The notes beneath the pieces were generated by a model, which saw nothing but the letters and a program-made list of their open reading frames with translations, did no database searches and was not told the origin of the DNA. Of a DNA stretch of 64,000 nucleotides, positions 1-12,040 are shown in pieces. Both the position numbers and the translations under genes were made by a program. Within the stretch, counting starts at the first letter, position 1. Every line of letters starts with the position of its first letter. The DNA comes from Malacoraja senta (lineage: Eukaryota), in assembly GCA_038087875.1 (NCBI GenBank), contig CM075990.1:9548001-9612000 (forward strand), read 5' to 3'.

Positions 1-84
1 TGAATATATAAAGCTGCACAGAAACCAACATTTACTTGTGGAAAAATCAGAGAAATGTGGAATGTGGAGAACGCAAAAACAGAC

Positions 85-450
85 CAGCATTTTAAAAGCA
101 ACTTTTGCATCCCTTTTCAAACATCCCAAAACACCTCACAGCCCAACTCAAGGCTTTCTAAAACCACGGTCACTTCTGTAATATAGTCAATTCACGTACA
201 ACAGCTTTGACAAATGGCAACATAATAATCATATGATCTGTTTTGGTGATGGGAGATATTGTGGCTGGGACACTTGGGCACCTTCCTGGCCACCCAGAAT
301 AATGCCAGATCTTTATATATCCACCCGAGAGAGCAGACAAGAGATCTCAACCAAAAAACACTATTTATCAATTCCTTCGCTGCCACACAGTGGTGTCTGA
401 TCTGATTCTTTCCTCCAAGTGTCTCGAGTAACACTTGAAACTACAAATAT
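85..450 (-). mobile_element. Old Deu-domain SINE (SacSINE1/DeuSINE-like), decayed
   Basis: Reverse complement resembles the Deu domain (gtctgctctctcgggtggatatataaagatctggcattatt...gtgtcccagccacaatatctccc) followed by a decayed L2-type tail (ggctgtgaggtgttttgggatgtttgaaaag). Confidence 0.55.
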
Positions 451-689
451 TGATCGTGCTTTTTATGGAGCTTTAGCTTCCAGAGTATTTGCAACTCAAA
501 TTGAATACGAATACAAATCAGTGCATTGATTGATGTAAAAGTAGGAGCAAACCTAATTTTAACTTAAAAAAAAAAAATAGTCCAAATTAATAGGAGTCAG
601 GGTAAATATACAGAGGCATGCAAAGTGCTGTGGAGTGTTACTAAAATTACTTTCTAAAAGGTGGAACATGCACAACAGATTTAAAAGCT

Positions 690-825
690 GTCAAAGTGCT
701 GGAGTAACTCAGCAGGTCAGGCAGCATATCTCTCGAGAAAATAGTTTTCCAGAGATGCTGCTTGACCGATTTACACCACCACTTTGTGCCTTTTTTTGTA
801 AACCAGCAGCTGTTTCCTGCGTCGT
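690..825. mobile_element. Penelope pLTR-derived short inverted pair
   Basis: gctggagtaactcagcaggtcaggcagcat...ccagagatgctgcttgacc matches the pLTR repeat found throughout the window. Confidence 0.6.
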
Positions 826-1133
826 AGGATTTCACTACTCAGATGCTTTTAGTTTTGACCATGTCCATTAGCCTACTGGAATATTTAAATGGCCCCATGC
901 ACTAGAAATGCAAGCAGCAAATTATCCACCGTTATACAATTGCAGGGCATATTTTACAAGTAGAACTCAATTGATAGAGGGTGAAGAATTCACATTAATA
1001 CAAATCAGCCTTTGCCTCTGTAAGACTGTCCTGAGCATTAAGTGCCAGGCCAGAGTAGTCTTGAGTACAAAGATCTACACTGACATTCCTGTGAACTAAT
1101 GATATCAGATAAAACGTTAAACCAAAGTCCAAC

Positions 1134-1134
1134 T

Positions 1135-1178
<44 letters not shown>

Positions 1179-1194
1179 TCCCTCTCCCTCTCTC
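1134..1194. repeat. (CT)n microsatellite
   Basis: Directly visible. Confidence 0.95.
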
Positions 1195-1848
1195 ATGGAA
1201 GGACAAGCATTGTAGAGCTCTTTTAGGGGATCAAAGTGTCTCTGAAATTCCACTCAGCAATTCCTCAATCAACAAGCTCTTCGTATTATCTGGTCCTCAT
1301 CAAACTGATGTGTCGAGATTCTAACTTTCTCATATTAGCTATTGCACTTCTTTTAAAGCATATTTAATCAACGATGCAAACAAAATAATAAAACTGGGTT
1401 AATAACAAATGAAGTACACCACAGTACAATGTGCTCAATTGTAGAGTGCTCTGGTCAGAGTACGTAGTCCAGATCAGATTACACAGATGCAGAGCATATA
1501 TTCATGTTCTGGTGGCAATTCACTAAGGCCTACAGTAGATATTAGAGAGCAGCGTTATAAGCAAACAATGAAAATTGTATTTTATCCTGACAATGACTAG
1601 GATGCATAAGTACCCTAATTAAATACCAATCACTAATAATGTGGTCAGTAGAAAGCTGTAGTTCCACGATTCTGAAGATGGAATATCAATAGTAGTGGAC
1701 CCAGAGAACTAGGTACAGGAAAGGAGTGGCAAACGACATCACCAAATAAAATAATTGAAAATTCCCCTAATTTTTAAGCATTTATAAATCTTCAAAAAAT
1801 CTACAAGTTTAAAATGAATTAGTCACAGCAATCATGCAAAATTCTCAC

Positions 1849-1994
1849 CTGAATTTGAGCTCCACTATCTTCATTCAATTTATCATCATGTTTGAACTCT
1901 ACCATGATAGTTTTATCACAGTCTAATGCCGCCAACTCCACATCAGTTGTGTTACTCATGTAGAACGAGCCAAAGAAATCAGTTGCTCTAATCC
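1849..1994 (-). CDS. SEC24C: SEC24C coding exon ([49 protein letters not shown]), beta-sandwich domain; last exon found in the window
   Basis: ttccag| acceptor, CAG|gtgag donor, 146 nt, phase 1 to 0; Sec24C/D sequence. Confidence 0.95.
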
Positions 1995-2762
1995 CTGGAA
2001 TCAAAGCAATTTATTTTCTCCAGATGAAACACATAGAAATGAGCTTCAGTCTCCACTTATCCAACAATTAATCTTAAATGTTACATCTGCAGGTTTTATT
2101 TTTTTTTAAACTAGCACAATCCCACAATATGTAGTGCAGCAGGAGTCAGGCATCAAACATAAATATCTAGTGCCTCAATAGGAATTCTTTACACAAGAGG
2201 GTTTCATATTCACCGATTACAAGGCATCAAGTATTGCCAAAAGTCATAACACAAATTTACAATCAGGAAATAAATATTTAAGATGGTGTACATTCTTGAA
2301 ATAAAGCTGAATTATTTTTAAACAGCAAAGATATTATTTTTTGGTAATAGCTGAGTAAGATACAAATCAATTTTATTATTTATCTGACACAAATGCTTTC
2401 AGATTAAAACCATATAAATAATACAACGCGCTTCCACTATCAGCACTTTGCAGATTAGTTTCTGTTGATCAACATTTAATTTCAGATAAATCAACTTGCA
2501 TTCAGCAACTTATGTTGCTATTTAATGCAACTATTCATACCTATAAATTGGAAATGCATACTAGGTTCAGCAACGTACATGCATGAAAGCAAGTCAGTGG
2601 CTGGGAAAGCATACTCCTTGATAAACATTTTTAAGTGCAAAGGTTGAAGGTTAATCACACAAGTATGAAGCTGTTGAATTTGTACTCTGGACTATCACCT
2701 CCTCACAAGATAATTTCAAAACGTATACCAATTACAGTATATGAATTAACAAACCAACATAC

Positions 2763-2859
2763 CTGTACTTGTGCGCACCCTCATCACAGCATCAAACCCA
2801 ATCACTTTTCTAACATCTCTGTGCAGATCATTTAGGAATCGCTCACCATCTGATTGTGC
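2763..2859 (-). CDS. SEC24C: SEC24C coding exon ([33 protein letters not shown])
   Basis: aactag| acceptor, CAG|gtatg donor, 97 nt; hallmark [11 protein letters not shown]. Confidence 0.95.
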
Positions 2860-5569
2860 CTAGTTGGAGAAAAAATACTTTAAATATCTGCACATTAAGA
2901 AAATGCTAGTTGGTTTTGCTTTTCAAAGTTTAGTTTAAGTAGTTTACTCGGAATAAAACTACTAGATAATGAGCTTGCAGAACTTCAATTTTAGTCTTCA
3001 GAAGGCGAAAGTAATGGAAGAATTAAAATTAAGGGTAGAGAATACATATCGTTGAATAGAACACAAACTGAGAATTAGTCAGCATGCTCAGAGTTAAATA
3101 GCCTGAGAAAGTAATGAAAGGTACAATTTATTCTAATGTTCAGATACCAATGCATTTATTGTCCTTGCTTCATTTATTGCTTTTTTCATGACAACTGACA
3201 TCATTAATTCAACAATTTAAAAAAATATATTCAAAACAGGTTGTGTAATTAGATTATGGATGTAAAAAACTGGATCGCCAATCCTCCAGCTGTCTCCAAG
3301 AACAAATTATTGTTTCTCCAGAAAATTGCTGCAATGAACAAAGCAGGAACAATATCAAACTGGTGGGATATAAGTTAATTGATCAAAAAACAATTATGTA
3401 ATTGGTCAATATGTTAACTGACTTCTGATTTGTTTTTTTTTGGTAGGCACAATGGCAAAGAGCAAATCATTTGAGGAAAATTAAAATAACAAGAAGTGGC
3501 AAATCCAAATTAAACAATGCAACATTAAACTGCCCCTTTCTTTACTTTAGGACAAGTTGTAAACACAAGAATTGTGTCCTTTCTTCCATTGAAATGGACA
3601 AACAGTCCCTGAAAAGGTTTCACCGTGGGAATGTTGATTATCAGTTTAAACCCCAGATTCTCAGCAAGCTCTTGCTGAATATCTCAGGAACAATATCAGC
3701 GAAGTCTGTTGAATAGTAAAATGACTACAGAGCACAACCCCCCCCCCCCCCCCCCATCATATGGACATTATAAAAAAAGTTATATTAAGGTCATTCACAA
3801 CTGAATATAATTTTAAAAATATGAAATGCCATGGATAAAGTAAAAATAAATACAAAGAGAAGCAGGGATAAATCACTTAGCTCCCATGTCTGCTTGGCAA
3901 TAAGATTGGATTTTGGTGGTGATTTTAAAAACTCTCCACTTGTTCTAATGCAAAGAGGCTCAGCAATCATCAGTGAAGCAGATGGAATTTTGTAGTGCAA
4001 TCAGTCCTGGGTTACATTAAAGGTTCCATTCCAGAAAATGATTTCCTCACAAGCCAGAAGTGCTCATTTTTTATTGCTACCCATATCGTATTGCTCTTGA
4101 TGCACTTAATATTATTTCTTCATTTCATTTAATAGTCAACCTCACACTACCTATAATTAAACTATTGGAATATATACTGTATCTCATCATTAATGAATAC
4201 TATGAAACAAAGCTCTAAAAATGTGCAAACATGTGCAAATTCAGATTTTGTATGTCAGCTTATCTTAACCTGGGGAACCCTGTGGTTCCACCTTACCGTT
4301 AACATTAGCTTTTTAATGCATAATTATTTAAATATTAAAATTTAAATTATCTGGCTGTCAGGCCTTTGGATATCAATCCAGTCATTTAATTATTCCACTG
4401 CACCAAACGTTAAAAGCTAAGCCACTTCAGTGGTCATGGTCTGGAGTAACATGCAGGTCTGAAAGAAATAATTCTTCCCCTCAGTGAGCTTCATCCACAT
4501 GTATGACAATCTGGTAGCAGTGTCATATGGCAGATGACAATTATAAATTTCCCAATTGCTGTGGCAGGATTTACACATGTGCAACACACATCAGATTGTC
4601 AACGAGCTAATAATCAAAATGCTATCATTCCACACCAACATGTACTGTTACTTCACAATTTAAACTATGTGATAATCTAGTACAATGATGAGAGCATGAC
4701 AGCATAGACACTGCACTGACCAAAAGAGGCAACTGGAATTCCAAACTGTTCGTTAACTCTCAAGACCCATAACATTTCTCCAAAAAACATCCATTTAACT
4801 TTTCCCGGCAATCTCTTAATACAAGATGAGAGTTATATTAATGAAAGTTCTTGCTAGTTGGAAGCTGACATGGTGTGGCCTAGAAAGTCTACGCTGTATT
4901 AATTCCATTCCGACAAAATGGGTGGGTAAAATGATCCAAATCCCACTGCATGCTTGTGGGTTTGAGAGTTTTTGAAACGCAATCTAGTTCCCTCTCTTTA
5001 CAGGCAGCTCAATAATCAAGCATTGGGTATAGTTTCTCACCGACACAGAGAGAAAGCTAAATGCTTTGGCTGTTTGTGGCATTATTTAAGTATGTAAGAG
5101 CAATGCCTGGACAAACAAATAACAGCAGAAAATTCCCAAAGGGAATAAGGGTTTGAACCCTTCAATTATCCTTGGGTGCAACAACTTTGGAAAGAGCTTG
5201 CAAAGGCTTTGAAATGGAAACTACCCACAGCTGTTTCATCCAATCAGCAGTACGACAGGTACGACCTGCACAAAATACACCAAAGGAATCTGAATTCCAG
5301 ATGTTTCCAGAAAAATGTATATTTGAGCTCTCAAATGCTAAGTTTAAAAAAAAACATTTATGCTGCACTTTTTTCCAAGTAATGCATCTCCAAATTAGAC
5401 CTTCACGCCAGTTATCTTTTAATAGGCGAGCGCATTACTTGTGACGTGAAGAGTGCATGTTCCTCAGAAAAGTTTGATAATTTTACATTGATGGGGCCAC
5501 TTCTATACCAAGCCTTTGAATGAGAGCTGCAAAATTTCCCTGCAACTACAGTAATCTGACAAACATTAC

Positions 5570-5740
5570 CTGGAAGTATGTGTACTTGTAAATGGAACCT
5601 CCCGTCTGATACGTAACCAGTCCCAAGGTTGCCACATCAACATATTGATTAGGGAATAGGAAGAGATCCACACAGCAGCCTTGTGCCACACACTCCTTGG
5701 CTAGATTATTGTAAAAGCTGGTCTGAGGTTGAAACAGTGT
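5570..5740 (-). CDS. SEC24C: SEC24C coding exon (TLFQPQ...[24 protein letters not shown]...YKYTYFQ), trunk domain
   Basis: ttgcag| and |gtaat borders, 171 nt, phase 0-0. Confidence 0.95.
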
Positions 5741-6429
5741 CTGCAATAAAGAAATACATACAAACAATATAAAAATAGTGTTGATGTTGGAAAGTGGAAA
5801 AAGTGCTAAAGTAGCATATGTTTGGAGTTAACATTTCAGATCAAACAATTAAAGATAAAACGCAAACAGGAGGTGGGGAGAAAACAAAAACATCTGTGAT
5901 GGAACATGGGGTAGAAGAGATAATAGGACAAAAAACAGCAAAAGAAAATGCAATCTGGGGGTTTAAAAGAGATTAATAATGACCAAGGAATATGGAGTCA
6001 GTTAAGACTGCCAGAAATTCATTTTCTCAATCATTTTCTCAATGTCATGGCTGTCATATGCCGAGTCAGAAAGTGAGGCACAGTTCATTAAGGCTTACAT
6101 TGATTGCAAGGAGAAAGCAGAGTGGGACCAAGATTGATAAGTGTCTTACCACTCCTGTAAAAACAGGAATTTCAGTTGTTTTAACATTTTTAGGGACCAT
6201 TCGACAAAATTATCTTGAAGCCTGAAATCTTAAAAACCCGATCCTTCAGAGGCATTTGAATCTGCCTTTCCCCAGCCGAATGCTGATTCAGCGCCCTCAT
6301 TGATCCAGATACTCAAAGAACAAATGTTTTAATAAACTGTCAGAAAACACACTGTTCTTCAAATACCACCGCCTCAGAAACAATGAACTTCAAATAATGT
6401 AAACCCATCTTTAAAAGTATCCTACAAAC

Positions 6430-6546
6430 CTTTTCTTTGTCGGTGTTGATTAGCTTCTTGTCATCTCTATTCTTTAGCTTTCCAGGCGCTTCAGCAAGAG
6501 GCAGGGTGGAGTGGAATATGAACAGCTTGCCAGCACATTCAGCTGC
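6430..6546 (-). CDS. SEC24C: SEC24C coding exon ([39 protein letters not shown])
   Basis: ttgcag| and |gtttg borders, 117 nt; AAECAGKL and LINTDKEK resemble SEC24C more than SEC24D. Confidence 0.95.
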
Positions 6547-6584
6547 CTGCAAATACAAAATGTCATCAGCACCTTATTAATCAG

Positions 6585-6676
6585 TGGACTGAAGGGTCTC
6601 GATTGAGACATCACCTATTCCTTCTCTCCAGAGATGCTGCATGTCCTGCTGAGTTACTCCAGCTTTTTGAGTCTAT
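6585..6676 (+). mobile_element. Penelope pLTR fragment
   Basis: ctgaagggtctcg...tccttctctccagagatgctgc...gagttactccagc. Confidence 0.65.
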
Positions 6677-6743
6677 GTGAGATATTCCACCCGATTTGCT
6701 ACCAAAATGCAGATTCTGATGTGGATATAAAAGGGAGACTTAC

Positions 6744-6837
6744 CTTGAGGGCTTCCAGGCCAGCTTGAATAACAGGTCCAAAAACTGTCTCAGTTTCTCT
6801 GGTATCACCAAACATTTCAGGAATCTGTTCTAATAAA
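6744..6837 (-). CDS. SEC24C: SEC24C coding exon ([31 protein letters not shown])
   Basis: ttcag| and |gtaagt borders, 94 nt, phase 2 to 0. Confidence 0.95.
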
Positions 6838-7541
6838 CTGAAAATAATAAACAGCATTATTAATTTGATTTTACTTGAAGCCGATCAGCAAGACTGCAAT
6901 TCAGTTACATTAACTTTATTATGGAAATTCAATTGTCAATACCAAGATTGAACCAAACAAATCTGCTTTTTTGCATTTTGTGCTGTTAAGTCATTTAATT
7001 TTAAGGTACAAGGATCTGGTTTTGATCACGCAATCCAACGGTCACTAGTGCAAACTGCACAACGGCAAACGATAAAATCAAACTCTATGACGAGAATTCA
7101 TCAAAAGCGGTCTTGAAATCCGGGCAAATGAAAATGAATTCCTATCCATGCTGCAGGATTGGAGCAGCCACAGAATGAAGGGACAGCAGCTATAACTCAG
7201 CAACTGCAAGCCCCGACAGCTCCCAAGAGGGTGTACCTGTTTTCATTTGGCACAGCAACTGGGGAATCCTGCACGCCACAGTTACTCCCCTTTCTGCCAG
7301 TCACCCACCTTTGCTCTAAAGTATCAAATTTCAGATCTTTTGACTCATAGATGTCAGCTCACAATTGCAATTACCCCAATATCATAGGAACAGGCTTTGT
7401 AATTTCGCAGAGTTCATGGTGCATTGAAATTATCACTCAAAATCTTACACTAGCATATTCTGCTATGTGGTGTTTTTGTAAGTAGTTGCAAATAGTTTTC
7501 TAACATGACACCATAACATCCTCACAAGATGGGTTTCTTAC

Positions 7542-7733
7542 CTGTTTATCACAGCCCGTGACTCATTCACATTGACCAGGAATCCATCAAGCAAGGGCAC
7601 AAACATGTCAGCTACATCGGACACAACCATCATTTGTGGCTGAGCTAACGAGCTCTTAACATTGTAAAAATGTAAAACTTTGTTATATGTTACAAAGCCA
7701 ACCCTTACTGCAGATTCTTCTGCATTGCCCTCC
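7542..7733 (-). CDS. SEC24C: SEC24C coding exon ([64 protein letters not shown])
   Basis: ttctag| and |gtaag borders, 192 nt, phase 2-2. Confidence 0.96.
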
Positions 7734-7991
7734 CTAGAAGAGAAACAAGAAATTCAAACACACTCATTTTTTTAGCACGACGTTTGAAATTGCAAAGGCC
7801 CCTAGTGTAATGCCTTAAATGTACTCTATGCTTGAATATGGGTAACGCACAAGTTATAATAATGGTCACAAAGCAATATTAATACAGATGAGACTTCCAA
7901 ACAGTCAGAAAAAAAGTGCAACATGATGAATAATTTAAGATTGAAGGGAAATATGATGCTGTGTCTCTGAGGGGTACAAGAAACATTTAAG

Positions 7992-8222
7992 TATGTAGGA
8001 AGGAACTGCTGATGTTGGTTTAAAACAAAGATAGACACAAAATGCTGGAGTAACTCAACGGGACAGGCAGCATCTCTGGAGAGAAGAAATGGGTGACATT
8101 TTGGGTCGAGAAGAAGTCGGGTGGGGTCTGAAGAAGGGTCTCGACCCGGAACGTCACCAATTCCTTCTCTCCAGAGATGTTGCCTGTCCCGCTGAGGTAC
8201 TCCAGCATTTTGTGTCTACCTT
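7992..8222. mobile_element. Penelope pLTR inverted pair flanked by a 15-bp direct repeat
   Basis: Head-to-head pLTR copies; caagaaacatttaag at 7977-7991 and 8223-8237. Confidence 0.8.
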
Positions 8223-8244
8223 CAAGAAACATTTAAGATACATT

Positions 8245-8470
8245 AAGCAAAACATAAATTGCTAGAGGAATTTAGTAAATCTGGCAGCATCTGTGGAAGC
8301 ATGGACAGGGCTGGAACCCTTTTGGCCAGGAATCCTTCTGCAGTCTAAAGGAGGATCTCGACCCGAAACACCACCTGTTCATTGCCTCCACAGATGCTGC
8401 TCTATATGCCGAATTCCTCCTGTACCATGTTTTGCTTAAGATTCCAAAATCTGCAGTACCTTGTGTCTTC
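8245..8470. mobile_element. Older Penelope pLTR inverted pair (second subfamily)
   Basis: ggcagcatctgtgga...gtctaaaggaggatctcgacccgaaacaccacc...cctccacagatgctgc. Confidence 0.65.
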
Positions 8471-8739
8471 ATTTTTATATATTAGTTGTCCCAGTCTGCA
8501 CACCACACAAGAAAAAGGGCGGAGATTTATCATCATATCAGGGAAACTGCAAAAATGAGGTTGCCCACTTCAAAAGATTAATAAAGTAATTTTCCCTTTA
8601 AAAGTGTTTAGTAGAATGGATGGTAGAAAGGATGGTATCTTTCAGCAGGTCTTTTAGTTAGACTTTCTTGATGAGAAAATGTAGAGAATCAATAGTGACA
8701 GTAATTTTCCTTTATGCAGAAACGGCAAAATGATCTTAC

Positions 8740-8864
8740 CTTGGAAGGAAATCTAACAGAGTTTTAAGCTCCTCACATAATAGGTGAACCAGCCCACTTT
8801 TCAGAGCGTTGTAGGATACATCGATCATAAAGATGAACGCAGGTGGATTAGGAAATTTATTATT
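8740..8864 (-). CDS. SEC24C: SEC24C coding exon ([42 protein letters not shown])
   Basis: ttacag| and |gtaag borders, 125 nt; NNKFP is typical of SEC24C. Confidence 0.96.
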
Positions 8865-9289
8865 CTGTAAAATAAATCCTTTTTTAAGTTACAATTGAGG
8901 AATCATATGTCCATTTCAGCAAAACCCTTTGCATCTGTATAGGTAAACACTGCAGAGACTGAAGTGCTTCAAGTATATTAGAGTTGCACCAATTATGATT
9001 ACTGTCTGCAATAGAAAGATTAAAAATGGGGCAACCAAACTTCATGACAAGGTTCTGCTGAAGCTATACCCGAAGGGGTACGCCCTGATTTTTATCTTGA
9101 CAAAACAGGAATAAATTTTAAAAACAAGCAATATCTCAGTCTTCTCACTCCCATAAAGCCACCCACAATGGAAGGCTTGACCATGGTAGGTATTCCAGCA
9201 GAAAAGCATTGGAAAATGTGAATAAATTGCCATATTGCAGCTTTGGCTTTGAGCCACTTTTATCCAAATACATAAATAGACATTGAAAT

Positions 9290-10905
9290 GTGTATGAAGA
9301 AACTGAAGATGCTGGTGTAAACCAAAGATAGACACAAAACGCTGGAGTAACTCAGCGGATCAGGCAGCATCTCTGGAGAGAAGGAATGGGTGACGTTTCG
9401 GGTCGAGACCCTTCTTCAGACTGACATCAGCGGGAGGGAGATAGATAGAAAAGGAAGTGTGAAGGTTTGAAAGCAGGGCAAAAAGAATGGTGATCAAGGA
9501 AAATGTAGAATAGATCTTTGTTAGCTGGGAGAAGGTAACAACAAAGCAAACAGATAAAATGTAGTCGGAGACAGTAAGACTGGTCGGAGAACTGGGAAGG
9601 GGAAAGATGGAGAGAGGGGGAAAGGAAGGGTTTCTTGAAGTTAGAGAAGTCAATGTTCATACAGTTGGGGTGTAAGCTACTCAAGCGAAATATGAGGTGC
9701 TGTTCCGCCAATTTGTGCTGGACCTCACCCTGACAATGGAGGAGGCCTAGGACAGAAAGGTCAGTGTGGGGAGACACAAAAAGCTGGAGTAACTCAGCAG
9801 GATAGGCAGCATCTCTGGAGAGAAGGAATGGGTGACGTTTCAGGTCAAGACCCTTCGGGAATGGGAGGGGGAGTTAAAGTGCCGAGCAACCGGGAGATCA
9901 GGTAGTGTTCAGGAGGACTGAGTGGAGGTGTTCAGCGAAACGATTGCCGAGCCTGCGCTTGGTCTCACCGATGGACAGGAGTTGACACCTGGAACAGCAG
10001 ATACAGTAGATGATGTTGGAGGAGGTGCAAGTGAACCTCTGCCTCACCTGAAAAGACTGTCTGGGTCCTTGGAATGATTCGAGGTGGGAGGTAAAAGGAA
10101 AGGTGTCTCCTGCGGTTGCAAGGGAAAGTATCTGGGGTGGGGATGGTTTGGGTGGGAAGGGGCGAGTTGACCAGAGTTGCGGAGGGAACGGTCTCTGCGG
10201 AAAGCCACTACTGACTACATCTTTCCATCTCCACCCCTTTCTGCTTTCTGCAGAGACCGTTGCCTCCGCAACTCCCTGGTCAACACGTCCCTTCCCACCC
10301 AAACCACCCTCTCCAGCTACTTTCCCCTGCAACCACAGGAGATGCAACACCTCCCCCCTCGACTCCATCCAAGAGCTCTGACTATCTTTTCAGGTGAGGC
10401 AGAGGTTCACTTGCACCTCCTCCAACCTCATCTACTGTATCCACTGTTCCAACGGTGAGACCAGGCGCAGGCTCGGCGATCATTTCACTGAACACCACCG
10501 CTCAGTCTGCATTAACCTACCTGATCTCCTGGTTGCTCAGCACTTTAACTCCCCCTCCCATTCCCAATCTGACCTTTCTGTTCTGGGCCTCCTCCATTGT
10601 CAGAGTGAGGCCCAGTGCAAATTGGAGGAACAGCACCTCGTATTTTGCATGGGTAACTTCAAATAGCCATTGCTTTCCCTCTCTCCACATCCCCTCCCCT
10701 TCCCAGTTCTCCTACCAGTCTTACTGTCTCCGCCTACATTCTATCTCTGTCCCGCCTACTCCCATGACATCAGTCTGAAAAAGGGTCTAAACCCGAAACT
10801 TCACCCATTCCTTCTCTCCAGAGATGCTGCCTGTCCCGCTGAGTTACTCCAGCATTTTGTGCCTACCTTCGATTTAAACCAGCATCTGCAGTTCTTTCCT
10901 ACACA
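9290..10905. mobile_element. Penelope-like retroelement: two 5'-truncated copies in inverted orientation (GIY-YIG endonuclease remnant plus pLTR)
   Basis: QRFTCTSSN(I/L)IYCI.CSRCQLLSIGETKRRLG.RFAEH-type remnants on both strands (9898-10368 minus, 10394-10666 plus); pLTRs at both ends; internal pLTR copy at 9773-9857. Confidence 0.9.
9392..9419 (-). ncRNA. Minimal type I hammerhead ribozyme core (Penelope type), all core positions present
   Basis: Minus strand reads CTGAAGA-A-GGGT CTCG ACCC-GAAA-CG-TC: CUGANGA box, stem II, GAAA box, palindromic ACGU stem III, GUC cleavage triplet. Confidence 0.75.
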
Positions 10906-11168
10906 TTTAATTCTTTCCTGATTGGACTTGGTTCGTTACCCATCAATATTAAATGGCACATATAGCAAAAAGACGAGAAGTTACAAGTAGAAATGTAGTT
11001 ACCTACATCAATTAAATTGACGTATTATTTAAAGCCATGGGGTGCAATTTGGAAAGCTTGGATTAGATCTGCCGAACAGGTATTTATGTAAATCAAACAC
11101 TTAATTTAAAATGTTACTCCAATGATAGGGGTTTGCAGATTAAGAAATAGGTAACATGGATGGAATAC

Positions 11169-11284
11169 CTTGCAGTAATCTACAGTGGCTAAAAATTCAT
11201 AGGAACCAAGTGACAGTTCTGGTCGATCGTAGTAATCCATTCGCTTGCCGGTGTGATCCAAATGTTGGAAATAGTGAGGCAGTA
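11169..11284 (-). CDS. SEC24C: SEC24C coding exon ([39 protein letters not shown])
   Basis: cctcag| and |gtatt borders, 116 nt, phase 1 to 0. Confidence 0.96.
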
Positions 11285-11728
11285 CTGAGGAAGGAGAAAC
11301 AGGAGTTACAATGTGCTATTGGGTATGCTAGAAAGGTAGGATGTGAACCAGGACAAGTCATTCACATTACAATAAACCTTAAAGTGCTTGTCACTAAAAA
11401 TGTACAATTTCAATTTAATCGCAGAATCGCAGCATAGAGATTAATTATTTTTTAGAATATCAAAAATGATAACAAATCAAATATTTTGCAGGACAAGTAG
11501 TTAGAGGTCCTGAACAAAGGCTGAGAAATTCATACACATACCCTCAATAGCTCCTGTATTAATGGGCAAGACAAGTTAGAAGGAGGGCATATAATCTCCG
11601 ACATGTTCAGAAGTTAGTATTAGCATGGTGCTACACTCTGCTCTTTCATTCTATTTTTTCATGGGAACATTACATGAGGGAGACATAATTTGAGCAGAAG
11701 AAATATAGCTCTCCTCCAAGAGAGTTAC

Positions 11729-11867
11729 CTTCTGTGACACAACTGCAAAATGCACATTGAAATCTCCGCCCTCCTTCAATAAACTGCATGTAAGGACACA
11801 TGTAGGCCTTGCACCTATTGCACCGTATTGGGCCAGTCTCTCCATGATCTACAATGAAAGGGTGTGC
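11729..11867 (-). CDS. SEC24C: SEC24C coding exon, zinc finger ([46 protein letters not shown])
   Basis: Sec23/Sec24 zinc finger CxxC...CxxC; ttgcag| and |gtaac borders, 139 nt. Confidence 0.97.
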
Positions 11868-12040
11868 CTGCAATTTGAACAAAGATAAACAAACTTCAGT
11901 ACAGTTCCACAACTAAGCGCTTCAGAAAATGAAAGACATTGAAATAAAATACTTTAAAAACTGCATCAACCTGGAAATAATTTGCATTGGACTACACAAA
12001 CCTTTTTTATAGTATCATTTAAAGTAAGCCTATTTATATT

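Noticed and set aside
1-35. Minus-strand TGTGCAGCTTTATAT (CAALY) resembling the start of the next SEC24C exon (CALLY)
   Set aside because: No AG acceptor before the TGT and the sequence is cut by the window edge; probably coincidence.
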